Shown here one piece after another: positions 8,839 through 18,841 of a stretch of DNA of 64,000 bases. The notes under the pieces were generated by a model, which was not told the DNA's origin, made no database searches, and worked only from the letters and a program-made list of their open reading frames with translations. A program made the position numbers and the translations under genes. Source of the DNA: a virus; the IMG/VR virus record IMGVR_UViG_3300045988_128358. One strand, 5' to 3'. Every line of letters begins with the position of its first letter. The first letter of the stretch is position 1.

Positions 8839-10134
8839 ACCCATTGTAGAGAAGTAGGTACGAGGGTCGTTGATGTCATATCCTGCGTTTCCAGACCAGT
8901 CGACATTAGCATAATTTGGGTACAGTCTTGTGGCGGTTGAACGTAATGCGAGTTTAAACAAATCGTAATTTGGGTCTCCTTCTTCACGATTAACTCCTTT
9001 CATACATTGAAAAATTCCGCAAGGGAAAATAGAAGTTTTATGAAGCTTCCCAATACCTTTAATAGATACGTTTAATAGAGCTTCTATTACTAATCTTCCT
9101 TCTGGTAAAGTACATGTACCATAATTAATAGAAGTAAAAGGTAATTGGTTTCCGCTTCGAGATTGTAATGTATTAAGATTGTGATACATTCCTTCTACGG
9201 CTTGATAAGTTTCTTTTGTTGTCATATCTATAGCATATTTATAAGCTACTTCATTTCTAACAAATACGTCATCATTAATAGAAGCATCAGCCTTAATCCA
9301 TATTTCTTTTGCATTAGATAAGTCAAAATCTTCATAGGTTCCAGCTAATCCAAGCATTTGATCTTTTTGACAATACTTAATACCTTCTAAGAAATGTTTA
9401 TAAAAACTTTTACGAACATAAGGAACCATACTCCAGTCTAAGTGAGTAGCAGATACTCCTCCAAACTGTTGTAATGATTGTAACTGGAATAATACTGCCA
9501 AAAGCTGAAAAGCTGTATTAACAGATTGCGCGGGACGAACATCCGTCTGACGAGTATTAAAACCATCTCTAAGTAAATCATCTATAGGCAATGACAAACA
9601 ATTATGCATTCCAACAGCATAACTATCTAAGTCATGAATATAAATCTCATTGTTTAAATGATTATCTCTTGACATTTTAGATACGATATAATCTAAAGCA
9701 TATTTTTTTGTCATAACTGAACTTGCTTCACCCATACGTCCACCAAAAGAATGTTCATCTACATTAGCATTTTGATTTTGAACGTTGCGGGCTTCCAATT
9801 TTTCACTATAAGTTTTAACAAAAACTGCCTCGTGCTCTCTCTTTGCTTCTTGTTTATATCTATAACGAATATATGCTCTTGCGACATCTCTTCTTTCAGA
9901 TTGCATTAATAAATCTTCTACACAATCCTGAATAGTTTCTACAGAAATAGTTGTCTTAGAGCGTTTAGCCATTTCTTCAATTTCAGTAGCAATGTCTTCT
10001 GAAGTATCTGCTTCATAAAGGATTTTATCTACTTCAATCATTGCTCTGTTTACTGCATCAATAATTTTTTCTTTATCAAATGGGACAATATCACCATTTC
10101 GTTTTTGGACTTCTAACATATTGTATCCCTCCAT
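8839..10134 (-). CDS. nrdD: NrdD exon 1 (N-terminal, ATP-cone)
   Basis: N-terminal ATP-cone VQKRNGDIVPFDKEKIIDAV. The ORF reads on to 8806 but those residues are intron read-through. Confidence 0.85.
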
Positions 10135-10193
10135 CTATATTTAGTAAAATTTTTTAAGTCTTAACACTATATATGGTTTTTGCGATAGATAAA

Positions 10194-10766
10194 TTATCCA
10201 ATCCTGTTCTCCAACCGCTGTGCCGCGGCAGATACAACTTTCACATTGAAGTCCATATTTTTTCTATCTTCATTTATTAATTCATTATAATGAAAATCTA
10301 AATCGGCAAAATCTTCTCTATCAGCTTTATATCTTCTGATAATTTCATCAACATTTGGATTTTCTTCTCTATTCAACTGCCGCAATAATCGAGTCTTATC
10401 TTTGGCAGTTACATAATATACTACAAGCTCAATGTTTTTATGAGCCATTAAACTATCAATTCCTTCTGGATTAAAGACTCCGATATTAACACAATCAGAA
10501 CGTAATGAGCCAAAACCAGTTCCATAAAACCAGTCATTGAAACAGGCAGCTTCCAGCATTTCACCTGCCAGAAGCTTTTCTGCAAATTCTTCACCAGAAA
10601 TAAAATGATAATTAATTCCATCTTTTTCTCCCTCTCTTGGAGGTCTTGTTGTAAAACTAACTATCTCATGGAGGTTGTGATTAACTTTTAAAACCTCTTG
10701 CATAAGAGTATCTTTTCCGCTACCAGCTTCTCCAATGATAGCAAGAATTTTATAAGAACCTATCAT
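10194..10766 (-). CDS. guanylate kinase-like nucleoside monophosphate kinase
   Basis: GEAGSGKDT P-loop and TTRPPREGEKDGINYHF match the guanylate kinase signature. Confidence 0.7.
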   Translation of the reverse strand: MIGSYKILAIIGEAGSGKDTLMQEVLKVNHNLHEIVSFTTRPPREGEKDGINYHFISGEEFAEKLLAGEMLEAACFNDWFYGTGFGSLRSDCVNIGVFNPEGIDSLMAHKNIELVVYYVTAKDKTRLLRQLNREENPNVDEIIRRYKADREDFADLDFHYNELINEDRKNMDFNVKVVSAAAQRLENRIG

Positions 10767-11125
10767 ACGCTTGCTTCTTCCTCTTTACCTGTTGACTCTC
10801 CTGCATTAGTATTTTCACCTGGTTTATTTGCTTTATCCATCTCTTCCTGATATTTCCTCATTTCTTCTTGCATAATACTTTCTCTCTGGAAGAATGTACT
10901 TAAATCAGAAACCTCATTATCACTTTCTTTTAATTTAAACAAATCTGTTAAAGTTTTATGAAGAGCAGGAACAATTTTTGGAGCGCACTCTTTACAAATG
11001 TCCATATTATGACTACACATATAGCCCATAGAATTAGCATAATTAAAATTAATATTACCAGTATCTAAATTCTCGGTAATTTCATGTCCACATAAATCAC
11101 AAACTCTTTTTACTACTTGACTCAT
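10763..11125 (-). CDS. hypothetical zinc-finger protein
   Basis: CDLCGH...CKEC cysteine pairs, 120 aa. Confidence 0.45.
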   Translation of the reverse strand: MSQVVKRVCDLCGHEITENLDTGNINFNYANSMGYMCSHNMDICKECAPKIVPALHKTLTDLFKLKESDNEVSDLSTFFQRESIMQEEMRKYQEEMDKANKPGENTNAGESTGKEEEASV

Positions 11126-11164
11126 ATCTTTATTCTCCTTTTTATTGATATATTAGAGAAGATG

Positions 11165-13753
11165 TTAAAAAACATCTTCTCCTTGGTATCTATCGCTTCT
11201 AATTTCCAAACTTCCATCTTCATTGATTTTATCAATTTTATATAATTGATGTCCATTAGAAGAAGCATATTTCTTAGAGATAAAATCATCTCCTGACCTA
11301 ATGCCCATTACTATAATCATATTTCCTCGATTGAACCAAGATTTTTCTCGAACCTTTTTAGTTCCATCTTCTTGTTTTTCAGAAATCTGCTTATCAAATA
11401 ATGAGAAATATTCTTTTCTAAATTTAACATTAACTACTCCAGAAGTTGTCAATATAGTTACTGTACTTTTAGTTTTATTTTTAGCAATGCAAGTGCCGCA
11501 AATTTTATTCAATTTGAATATGTTAATTTGCTTTGCACCTTTTGTAAATGTTCTTTCTATGATAGGTTCTTGCGGCAATTTATCAAAATCAACAAAACCA
11601 TATCTTTGAGTATCAACATGAGATAATTCATGTTCATGGTAATAGAAACATAATGCTTGCATTTCCCAAGCTGATAAAGTTCCTTGAGCATATTTATCCC
11701 AATCATCCTTAAAGATTTTTTCATTTAAGTTCTGAAGAATTTGTTCTTTTTCTTCCGCAATCCAATCTCTGAATATATCCATCCATTTTTGATATACTTT
11801 GTCCCATGCTTTCATATTTAAAGAATAACCCTCTAATAAATCATCATGCTCCATTTCAATCAAAAAGTTCATTGCTCTATCATCTATATGATAATTAGTT
11901 GTATCACCCTTAATTTTACAAACAGATTTTAAATAACGATTAAATTCATAAACTCTTCTCGCCATAATCTGTTGTTCATTTTTTTCTGGAAGAAGATTAT
12001 ACTTAATTAAACCTCCCATATTTTGTAATGTAATTCGTTTCTTTTTATCACAAGTTTCCCAAATATACCAACCCATACAAATCTTGCGGTCAATCATTGT
12101 ATCAAATGCTCCACCTTTAATAAGTGAAATCATCGCTTGTTTATTTGGACGCACTTTTAATAAAAAGTCTTTAGGTGAAATATAAGGTCTATTTTTAATA
12201 ATGTCATCAATTACTGCATCACTAACATTCAATAAACCTTTCATTCCATAAAGAATCTGATTATTTTTAGCATCAGGCTTAAATCCATAATCTGAATTAT
12301 TTATATCAACAAGACTCATTTTAATTCCAGCTGATATAATTTCACCCATCGCCTTTGCAATCTTTCCATAATCAGTTGAAGCTGTTTTCTTTACAGAAAT
12401 AGATTCAGATTCATCATCCTCTTCAATCTCTAAGTTACTATTATCTTCAAGTGAACCACTATTTACAATTAAGCATGCACAATCCCAATAAATAGGATTC
12501 CAATTTGTTGCAATATATAATGTTTGAACACCAATGAAACTATAAGCAAGTGCATGAATAACACTAAAAGAATAACCCATCTGCGGACCAACTCCACATT
12601 TCCATACATACTGTCCAAGCTTCTCACTTGCCGCCTGTGCCAATACTTTTTCATGTAAAGCTGGAATTTTATTCATTTGTTTTTTACCAACAATCTTACG
12701 AGCCGCATTTGCTTCTCCAAGACTAAAGTGACAAATCTTATCATCCATTAACATTCTCATTAACTGTTCCTGTGAAGGCGGAACTCCATAAGAACTCTTA
12801 AAGTAAGGTTCAAGAGTTTTCTGCTCTTCTTCGGTAAGACCAAATTTTGTCATTTCATCATACCATAATTGAATGTTTTGTTTAAAACGATAATATTTAT
12901 CCATTGGGCGCTCTTCTCCATCTTCGCCCATAAGTCTCATCAGACCATTCGCATCGGCCATTTCCAATACATTCTGAGGTTTTAATTTCTTCGCAACCTG
13001 CGCACCAACCTGAGAATCAAACTGAAAAGTATTAATAACAGATACTTTACCCAATGCGTCCCAAATCTTTTGATCGGTTAAAGGTAAAACATTAGGATGA
13101 AAATATTTATCATAGACCTCCCGCAAACTTAATTCTGGTTCAATTTCATTATCCTCTTGGAGTAACTGAATAGTTTGAACCAACTTATCTTGAACTTCAG
13201 TTACAAGAAAATCATATTTTGTTAATCCCATATACTCGGCATCATGTAAATCAAACTGAGTAGTAATCTCACCTTTTGGAGTTTTCATAAAAGCACTATG
13301 CTCAAATGGGTCATCTCCAAATAAAATTACGCCAGATGCATGAGAACCTCTATGGTTTACAAGACCTTCAATAGCTACAATAATATCCAATAAACCTGGA
13401 TATTTATTTACTTCATTAACAAATGTCTTAACAGGTTTACGACCTTTTTCTGGATTTCCATAAACAACTTCTTTAATTGTCCATAAAAATCCTCTTTCTT
13501 CTGGAATTAATGAACTCATATACTGAGCTTCATCAACATCAATTCCCTCTGGATAATCTTCACTTCTATAACCTCTACAAGCTGTTTGAATTGCAGACTT
13601 AGTTCCTTCTGTACCAAAAGTTGCTACAAGAGTACATCCAAGATTTTTCTTTGCCCACTCCATAATATTATCATAAAACATCTTTCCACGTTCTTCTTTA
13701 ATTTTACGAAGAATTTCTGGACGTTTAGATGGACATATATCAATATCAATATC
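11165..13753 (-). CDS. DNA polymerase III alpha-like (DnaE-type), exon 2
   Basis: Begins DIDIDICPSKRP (E. coli DnaE has DFDVDFCMEKRD). GSHASGVILFGD and GLTKYDFL pol III alpha motifs are present. Confidence 0.8.
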   Translation of the reverse strand, partial: DIDIDICPSKRPEILRKIKEERGKMFYDNIMEWAKKNLGCTLVATFGTEGTKSAIQTACRGYRSEDYPEGIDVDEAQYMSSLIPEERGFLWTIKEVVYGNPEKGRKPVKTFVNEVNKYPGLLDIIVAIEGLVNHRGSHASGVILFGDDPFEHSAFMKTPKGEITTQFDLHDAEYMGLTKYDFLVTEVQDKLVQTIQLLQEDNEIEPELSLREVYDKYFHPNVLPLTDQKIWDALGKVSVINTFQFDSQVGAQVAKKLKPQNVLEMADANGLMRLMGEDGEERPMDKYYRFKQNIQLWYDEMTKFGLTEEEQKTLEPYFKSSYGVPPSQEQLMRMLMDDKICHFSLGEANAARKIVGKKQMNKIPALHEKVLAQAASEKLGQYVWKCGVGPQMGYSFSVIHALAYSFIGVQTLYIATNWNPIYWDCACLIVNSGSLEDNSNLEIEEDDESESISVKKTASTDYGKIAKAMGEIISAGIKMSLVDINNSDYGFKPDAKNNQILYGMKGLLNVSDAVIDDIIKNRPYISPKDFLLKVRPNKQAMISLIKGGAFDTMIDRKICMGWYIWETCDKKKRITLQNMGGLIKYNLLPEKNEQQIMARRVYEFNRYLKSVCKIKGDTTNYHIDDRAMNFLIEMEHDDLLEGYSLNMKAWDKVYQKWMDIFRDWIAEEKEQILQNLNEKIFKDDWDKYAQGTLSAWEMQALCFYYHEHELSHVDTQRYGFVDFDKLPQEPIIERTFTKGAKQINIFKLNKICGTCIAKNKTKSTVTILTTSGVVNVKFRKEYFSLFDKQISEKQEDGTKKVREKSWFNRGNMIIVMGIRSGDDFISKKYASSNGHQLYKIDKINEDGSLEIRSDRYQGEDVF

Positions 13754-14920
13754 CATTATATACTTTAAAAGTATTGGACTATCTCTTTCACAATAATTTA
13801 CTGAGAATATTTTACTTCAATTATTGCTAAAACGCGCTACGGAATAGTGCTTATCCTCTATCCCTCTTGAGAATATAAAATATATTTAATTCTCATTTAG
13901 TCTCTACACTCCAAAAATAACCTTTATACATTGTATGCTCTTTAATAGCTTTATTTAATCCTACATGCCCTTTTAATCCTAAAAAATCTAATGCAGCTGT
14001 TTTTGCATTAAAAACTCGAATTAAGTTATTGTTTTCATCATACATATAGATTTTTTTGCCATTAATTGCATTATCTTTACTTTTTCCATACATGCCATTT
14101 TTTTCTCCAGAATTTAATCCTTTACTATGTTCAGACATTAATCGTTTTGATTCTTCTGTGTGATGTTTACCATACATACCATTCTTTTTTCCACTAACTG
14201 CCTTAGACATATTTTTTTTATATTCTGTTGTTTGCATATATGAAGTGTCTCTATTTTGTCTTATTTTATTTTTTGTCTCTTCTGTTAAATGAACACCGTA
14301 TCGAGGATTCTTATCTCCTTTTCTTTGTTCACTTAGTTTTTGAGAATAAGCGGCTTTTTGTTCTAAAGACCATCCAGCGATTGTATTACCCCCATTACCG
14401 CCTTCATGAATATTATAAAAGTTTTTATCTTCTACTGCATTATAAACATTTATAAATTCTTTTTCTTTTTGAGAATTTTCTTCTTCATTTTTAGAAATAT
14501 ATAATATTTCTCTTTTAAAATTCTCTTTACCATATTTTTTAACCGCTTGTTTTAATAAAAGTCCACTTCCTAAGTAACTATCATTTAATTCTCCATGATG
14601 TTTACCTATATATTTATGTCCATTTATTAAATTTGTTGTCATATAAATAAAATATTCCATATCACTACCACCTTTCATATTTTATATAATAAAGGTGATA
14701 TTGACTTTGACAAACATTGACCAAGATATTTTGTTATTTTTAAAGCACGGTATTACAAAGTCCAACCATTTCTGGTCACTCGCTCTCTTAGTCAGCTGAT
14801 TCGTGTATTAATTAAATATACCTTATTTTGCTGATACCGTTAGCACTGTTTTTATAACAGCACACCCTTTAGCAAGGTTCACGTTTTTTATTTACAACTC
14901 GGCAATATCAATATCAGACT
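13754..14920 (-). mobile_element. group I intron (dnaE-like gene) carrying a GIY-YIG homing endonuclease; boundaries approximate
   Basis: Exon 1 aligns to DnaE through FFRYLNEERIELG and exon 2 starts DIDIDIC. P7-like elements cACUAUu (~13840) and gAUAGUcc (13776..13785) lie downstream of the HEG, and the intron ends in G. Confidence 0.55.
13893..14678 (-). CDS. GIY-YIG homing endonuclease (intron-encoded)
   Basis: FIYMTTNLINGHKYIGK forms the GIY-YIG N-terminus. Repeated Lys-rich NUMOD-like C-terminal modules follow. Confidence 0.8.
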   Translation of the reverse strand: MKGGSDMEYFIYMTTNLINGHKYIGKHHGELNDSYLGSGLLLKQAVKKYGKENFKREILYISKNEEENSQKEKEFINVYNAVEDKNFYNIHEGGNGGNTIAGWSLEQKAAYSQKLSEQRKGDKNPRYGVHLTEETKNKIRQNRDTSYMQTTEYKKNMSKAVSGKKNGMYGKHHTEESKRLMSEHSKGLNSGEKNGMYGKSKDNAINGKKIYMYDENNNLIRVFNAKTAALDFLGLKGHVGLNKAIKEHTMYKGYFWSVETK

Positions 14921-16258
14921 ACCGAGTTCGATTCTCTCTTCATTAAGATAACGGAAAAAAGGTAAGTCCCACTCGATTGGATCCAACTGAGTAATTCCCA
15001 TAAGATAATGATTAAGTGCGGCACAACTGGAACCACGACCAGCACCTACCATTGAACCGCAATCCCAAATCATATCAATATAATGCTGAAGTGTATTTGG
15101 ATAACGAAACATATTTGTTTCAAGTTTTTCACTAATGATACTTTTAACTCGTGCCTCTTCCTCAAGCTCATCAAGATAACGTCTATCATTAATTTTTTCA
15201 AGTTTTTCAAGCTGATTTAAACATTCATTTACCCAATAACGATTCTGAATATCATCATCCATTAACATTGCAGATAAATGTGGATACTGCCTAAATCCTC
15301 TTACTTTTGGATAATCTTTAACTTCTACAGATGGAATATCCTGCTTATGAAAAAGACTATAATATTCAATTTTATTCTGTAAATCTAAGGTGTTTTCAAA
15401 AATTACATCTACATATCCATCTGGAAAACATGGAGATAATAATTCTTCTACTTCATCACTATCCATAAGTCTGGCAAATTCATAAAAGTCATCAACTTCA
15501 CGCTCTCCGCCTTTTGAATTAAGATATGCTTTATGAACCATTCTATCTTCTTTTGTTAAATAATGAGAGTCAGTTCCAACAACCATTTTAACATTATATG
15601 CAGTTGCAATTTTAAACAACTGAGAATTTACAGTCATTTGGTCTTCTTTATTAGATGGAGCACATTCAATATAAAAATCATCTCCAAATAAATCAAGTAC
15701 AAAATCCATAAACTCTTGAATTTTTTGCTGAAATTCCATCGCCATTTTTTGGTCATTTACTTTTAAAGCTTCTGCATATAATAAAGACCATGAAGATAAT
15801 TCTCCACCAATACATGCACTTGTTGCAATTAAATGACCTTTATAATGTTTTACAATCTCAGTTAATTCATCTTTTAAAGTTGGAACTCTTTCCATACCTC
15901 TATCCATATATGAATAATACCAAGCTGTAGAACTTAATTCTCTTAATGCTTTATGACCAATTGCATCTTTAGCAATCAAAATAAAGTGATAATATTTCTG
16001 ACCATGATTTCTTGTATCAGTTAAATAAATCTCATTTCCTAACCCAATCACAAAATTAGGATTTGTTTCTCTTAACTCTGTCGCAATTTTATTTATTTCA
16101 ACGTGCGCACAAAGGGCTTCATGGTCAGTTATACAGATACCACTAAGTCCTAATTCGATTGCTTTATTAATTAAATCTTTTGGGTGATTGGTTGAATCCA
16201 AAAGACGTAAGTTTGAATACTCTGTATGGTTATGACAATTAAACCACTTTTTGCTCAT
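14921..16258 (-). CDS. DNA polymerase III alpha-like, exon 1 (PHP domain)
   Basis: PHP motif CHNHTEYSNLRLLDS and GAGRGSSCAALNHYLMGITQLDP (DnaE [23 protein letters not shown]) are present. Confidence 0.8.
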
Positions 16259-16300
16259 CTATTATCTTCCTCTATCTATACTATTCTCAATTATATAATT

Positions 16301-16329
16301 ATTATATCATATTTTTTCAATACTGTCAA
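16301..16329 (-). promoter_or_regulatory. sigma70-like promoter TTGACA-N17-TATAAT
   Basis: -35 at 16324..16329 and -10 at 16301..16306 on the minus strand, upstream of dnaE exon 1. Confidence 0.55.
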
Positions 16330-16948
16330 AAGGATATTCTTTACCTGTGATTTCGCTACAGATAGTATTCCATGAATAAAATAATGGTTGATAAACTGGC
16401 GGAATCCATTCAAAAGAAGAACAAATAATTAAAACATCTGGTGCATATTTGTTATCTTCTAAATTGAAATCCTTTAAGATATAATCCTCTGTAACATATC
16501 TTGCGGCCTCGTTTGGATAAGGGTCAGAATTTTCATTATGAACCCAATAAAAAGTATCAACCATTTTCTTGTCTCTGGCATACTTAACCCAATTACTTAA
16601 ATCATATTTAAACATTGGGCGCATCCAGTCCGCAGACTCCATATCATATCCTAAGTCATGATGATGGTCAATATTATACAAATCAATCTGTTCATCATGT
16701 GGAATCGTTTTAAGAATATCAATCACTTTATCATGGCTATTCACAAAATAAATTTCTTGATTTTGCTTTGCCGCACGTACAATATAGCGAGTTAGATAAT
16801 CATAAATATATAAATCAGCAGGGATATTTGTAAGAAATGAAAATTTATCTACATAATCTTTCATTGGGTCTTCAATATCCACCATATTATTATAAAAACT
16901 AATACTTGGTTCCATAATAATATCAAAATCTATTGTAACTACATTCAT
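16307..16948 (-). CDS. hypothetical protein
   Basis: 213-aa ORF with a His-rich patch HHHDLGYD. Confidence 0.5.
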   Translation of the reverse strand: MNVVTIDFDIIMEPSISFYNNMVDIEDPMKDYVDKFSFLTNIPADLYIYDYLTRYIVRAAKQNQEIYFVNSHDKVIDILKTIPHDEQIDLYNIDHHHDLGYDMESADWMRPMFKYDLSNWVKYARDKKMVDTFYWVHNENSDPYPNEAARYVTEDYILKDFNLEDNKYAPDVLIICSSFEWIPPVYQPLFYSWNTICSEITGKEYPFDSIEKI

Positions 16949-16949
16949 A

Positions 16950-18131
16950 TTATTTTCTCCTTACAATTACTTTTTCAGATGCTCTGGTTATTGCAGTATA
17001 AAGCCATCTTGCATGTTCTAATCTTACTCTTGGAAATGGCTCTTCAAGAACTAAAACATTATCCCATTCAGAACCTTGAGCCTTATGTCCAGTAATTCCA
17101 TATCCATAAGTAAAGAATTTTGGAACCAAATCTCCAACTCTCTCACGATACTTACCAATTTTATAAATATCTCTATTATCAAGACATCTTGCTCCATGAG
17201 TAAGCATAGTTTTATCCACGTATAAATCTTTATAAACATCTCCTTCATCAGTCTCTATATCGCATTGAATGGCTTGTACTGACGGAACAGAAGCTCCAAT
17301 CCAATATGGAAAATAAATAAATCTATTTTTAGGATTTTTTAAATAGCCAATAGTGCCATTAACTAAGGCATTATGGTCATCACTAATATCTTCCCAATAA
17401 TTTTGTCTACAAAGAATTTTATCTCCATCTTCTGGAAGCGGGCCTCTTCCTAATAGATTTCTTGCATAAGTATTAATTTCTTCAACTGCGGCATTAGTTC
17501 CACAAATAATCTGATCAGCCCAAAGAACCATACCAGCTTCATAATCCTTTTGGTCAATTACTTGAACATTTTTTCCTTTAAATAACTCTAAAGGCTTCAT
17601 CTCTCGAATATCAATACTTAATCTAATAATTTCAGAATCCGCGGCCTGCCGCATAATTTCATCTAAGAAGATATGAGGATTATCAAGTAAGTGATTATCT
17701 TGATCTTTCTCTATTGGAGGAATCTGGAATGGGTCGCCTAAACAAATGACATATACTTTATGTTTAAAAAGCTGTTGCATCATGCTTACTGGTACCATTG
17801 AAATCTCATCCACTACAATAATACTATATTCAATAGTAGATTTTGGTTTTCTAAAAAAACCTCCACCTGGTCTGGGAATATGCTCATAAAGTAATTTATG
17901 TAAAGTGCAAGCATTCTTATTTCCCTTTTTACGAAGAACTTCTGCTGCCTTACCAGTAAAAGTGGCATATGCGACTTTGCTTGGCTCGACATCAAGAGCC
18001 TCGATAATGAATTTCACGAGGGTGGACTTACCAGTACCTGCGTACCCAGCTATTACGGTATATTTCTCATTATTATGAAATCTTTCAACTGCAATTTTTA
18101 ATCCCTCTTCTTGTTTTCTAGTTAATTCCAT
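16950..18131 (-). CDS. SF1 DNA helicase (Dda/RecD-like)
   Basis: Walker A GYAGTGKST, motif VVDEISM, and a TGHKAQGSEWD motif VI-like region. Confidence 0.8.
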   Translation of the reverse strand: MELTRKQEEGLKIAVERFHNNEKYTVIAGYAGTGKSTLVKFIIEALDVEPSKVAYATFTGKAAEVLRKKGNKNACTLHKLLYEHIPRPGGGFFRKPKSTIEYSIIVVDEISMVPVSMMQQLFKHKVYVICLGDPFQIPPIEKDQDNHLLDNPHIFLDEIMRQAADSEIIRLSIDIREMKPLELFKGKNVQVIDQKDYEAGMVLWADQIICGTNAAVEEINTYARNLLGRGPLPEDGDKILCRQNYWEDISDDHNALVNGTIGYLKNPKNRFIYFPYWIGASVPSVQAIQCDIETDEGDVYKDLYVDKTMLTHGARCLDNRDIYKIGKYRERVGDLVPKFFTYGYGITGHKAQGSEWDNVLVLEEPFPRVRLEHARWLYTAITRASEKVIVRRK

Positions 18132-18381
18132 TTACTTCATTACTCTCTTTCATATACATTAATCTAACCATTTGCTGTTTAAATGGTGTTGGAATTTTAT
18201 GATAATGCCAATATAAACATATTCGTTCTTTTTTAAATCCCATTATCTTAAAATTTCCATTCCATAAATATGAACTTTTCATATATGTTTTCATGGAAAT
18301 TGAGAATATATCGCTTTTAGTTAATTTAAAAGCTCTAATTGAATTATTATTTGTTTGATCGAAGTGGGTGGTCTTCTGCAT
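18118..18381 (-). CDS. hypothetical protein
   Basis: 87-aa ORF. Confidence 0.3.
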   Translation of the reverse strand: MQKTTHFDQTNNNSIRAFKLTKSDIFSISMKTYMKSSYLWNGNFKIMGFKKERICLYWHYHKIPTPFKQQMVRLMYMKESNEVNGIN

Positions 18382-18652
18382 GGGCTTCTAATATCTCCTC
18401 TAATACGTTATAAAAATGCATACACTGACCGTTTTCCCAAGTTTTACGGGAAAAATGTCTACCTTCTTTTAATGCTTCTTTTTCTTTATATTCACCAAGC
18501 TCTTTGATAGCCATAGCATATCGAAAATATAAGCTATCAAAAGCGAAATTAATTCTTTCAAGTAAAATTTTATTTAACTGGTCTTTATTGATTACTGTTA
18601 CATCTAATTTATTTTTTAACTCTTCAACTTCTCTTGTCATAATATATACCAT
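18347..18652 (-). CDS. hypothetical protein
   Basis: 101-aa ORF preceded by the promoter at 18672..18700. Confidence 0.45.
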   Translation of the reverse strand: MVYIMTREVEELKNKLDVTVINKDQLNKILLERINFAFDSLYFRYAMAIKELGEYKEKEALKEGRHFSRKTWENGQCMHFYNVLEEILEAHAEDHPLRSNK

Positions 18653-18671
18653 CCCTTTTTATTATATAAAT

Positions 18672-18700
18672 ATTATACCATTTTTTAAGTAAAAAATCAA
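18672..18700 (-). promoter_or_regulatory. sigma70-like promoter TTGATT-N17-TATAAT
   Basis: -35 at 18695..18700 and -10 at 18672..18677. Confidence 0.55.
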
Positions 18701-18841
18701 TATAGGGCATTTTTGGTGAAAAATTTCTAAGACCACTTTTTGTTTTGGATTACGGTTGTTAGGACCCATCACCGCCGGAAGACCTGCTATTCTCGCATAT
18801 GGGTACAAAAATATGGCGTACATTATATACGCCATATAATT

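Noticed and set aside
10194-10766. Guanylate-kinase-like gene as an auxiliary host-derived gene
   Set aside because: It is kept as a phage dNMP-kinase-type function. No composition or context anomaly was seen relative to its neighbours.
17051-17995. Short minus- and plus-strand ORFs nested in the helicase gene (17051..17248, 17813..17995) and similar nested ORFs in other long genes (12469..12654, 33817..34047, 45714..45923)
   Set aside because: They lie in alternative frames of well-supported long genes and have no independent signals.
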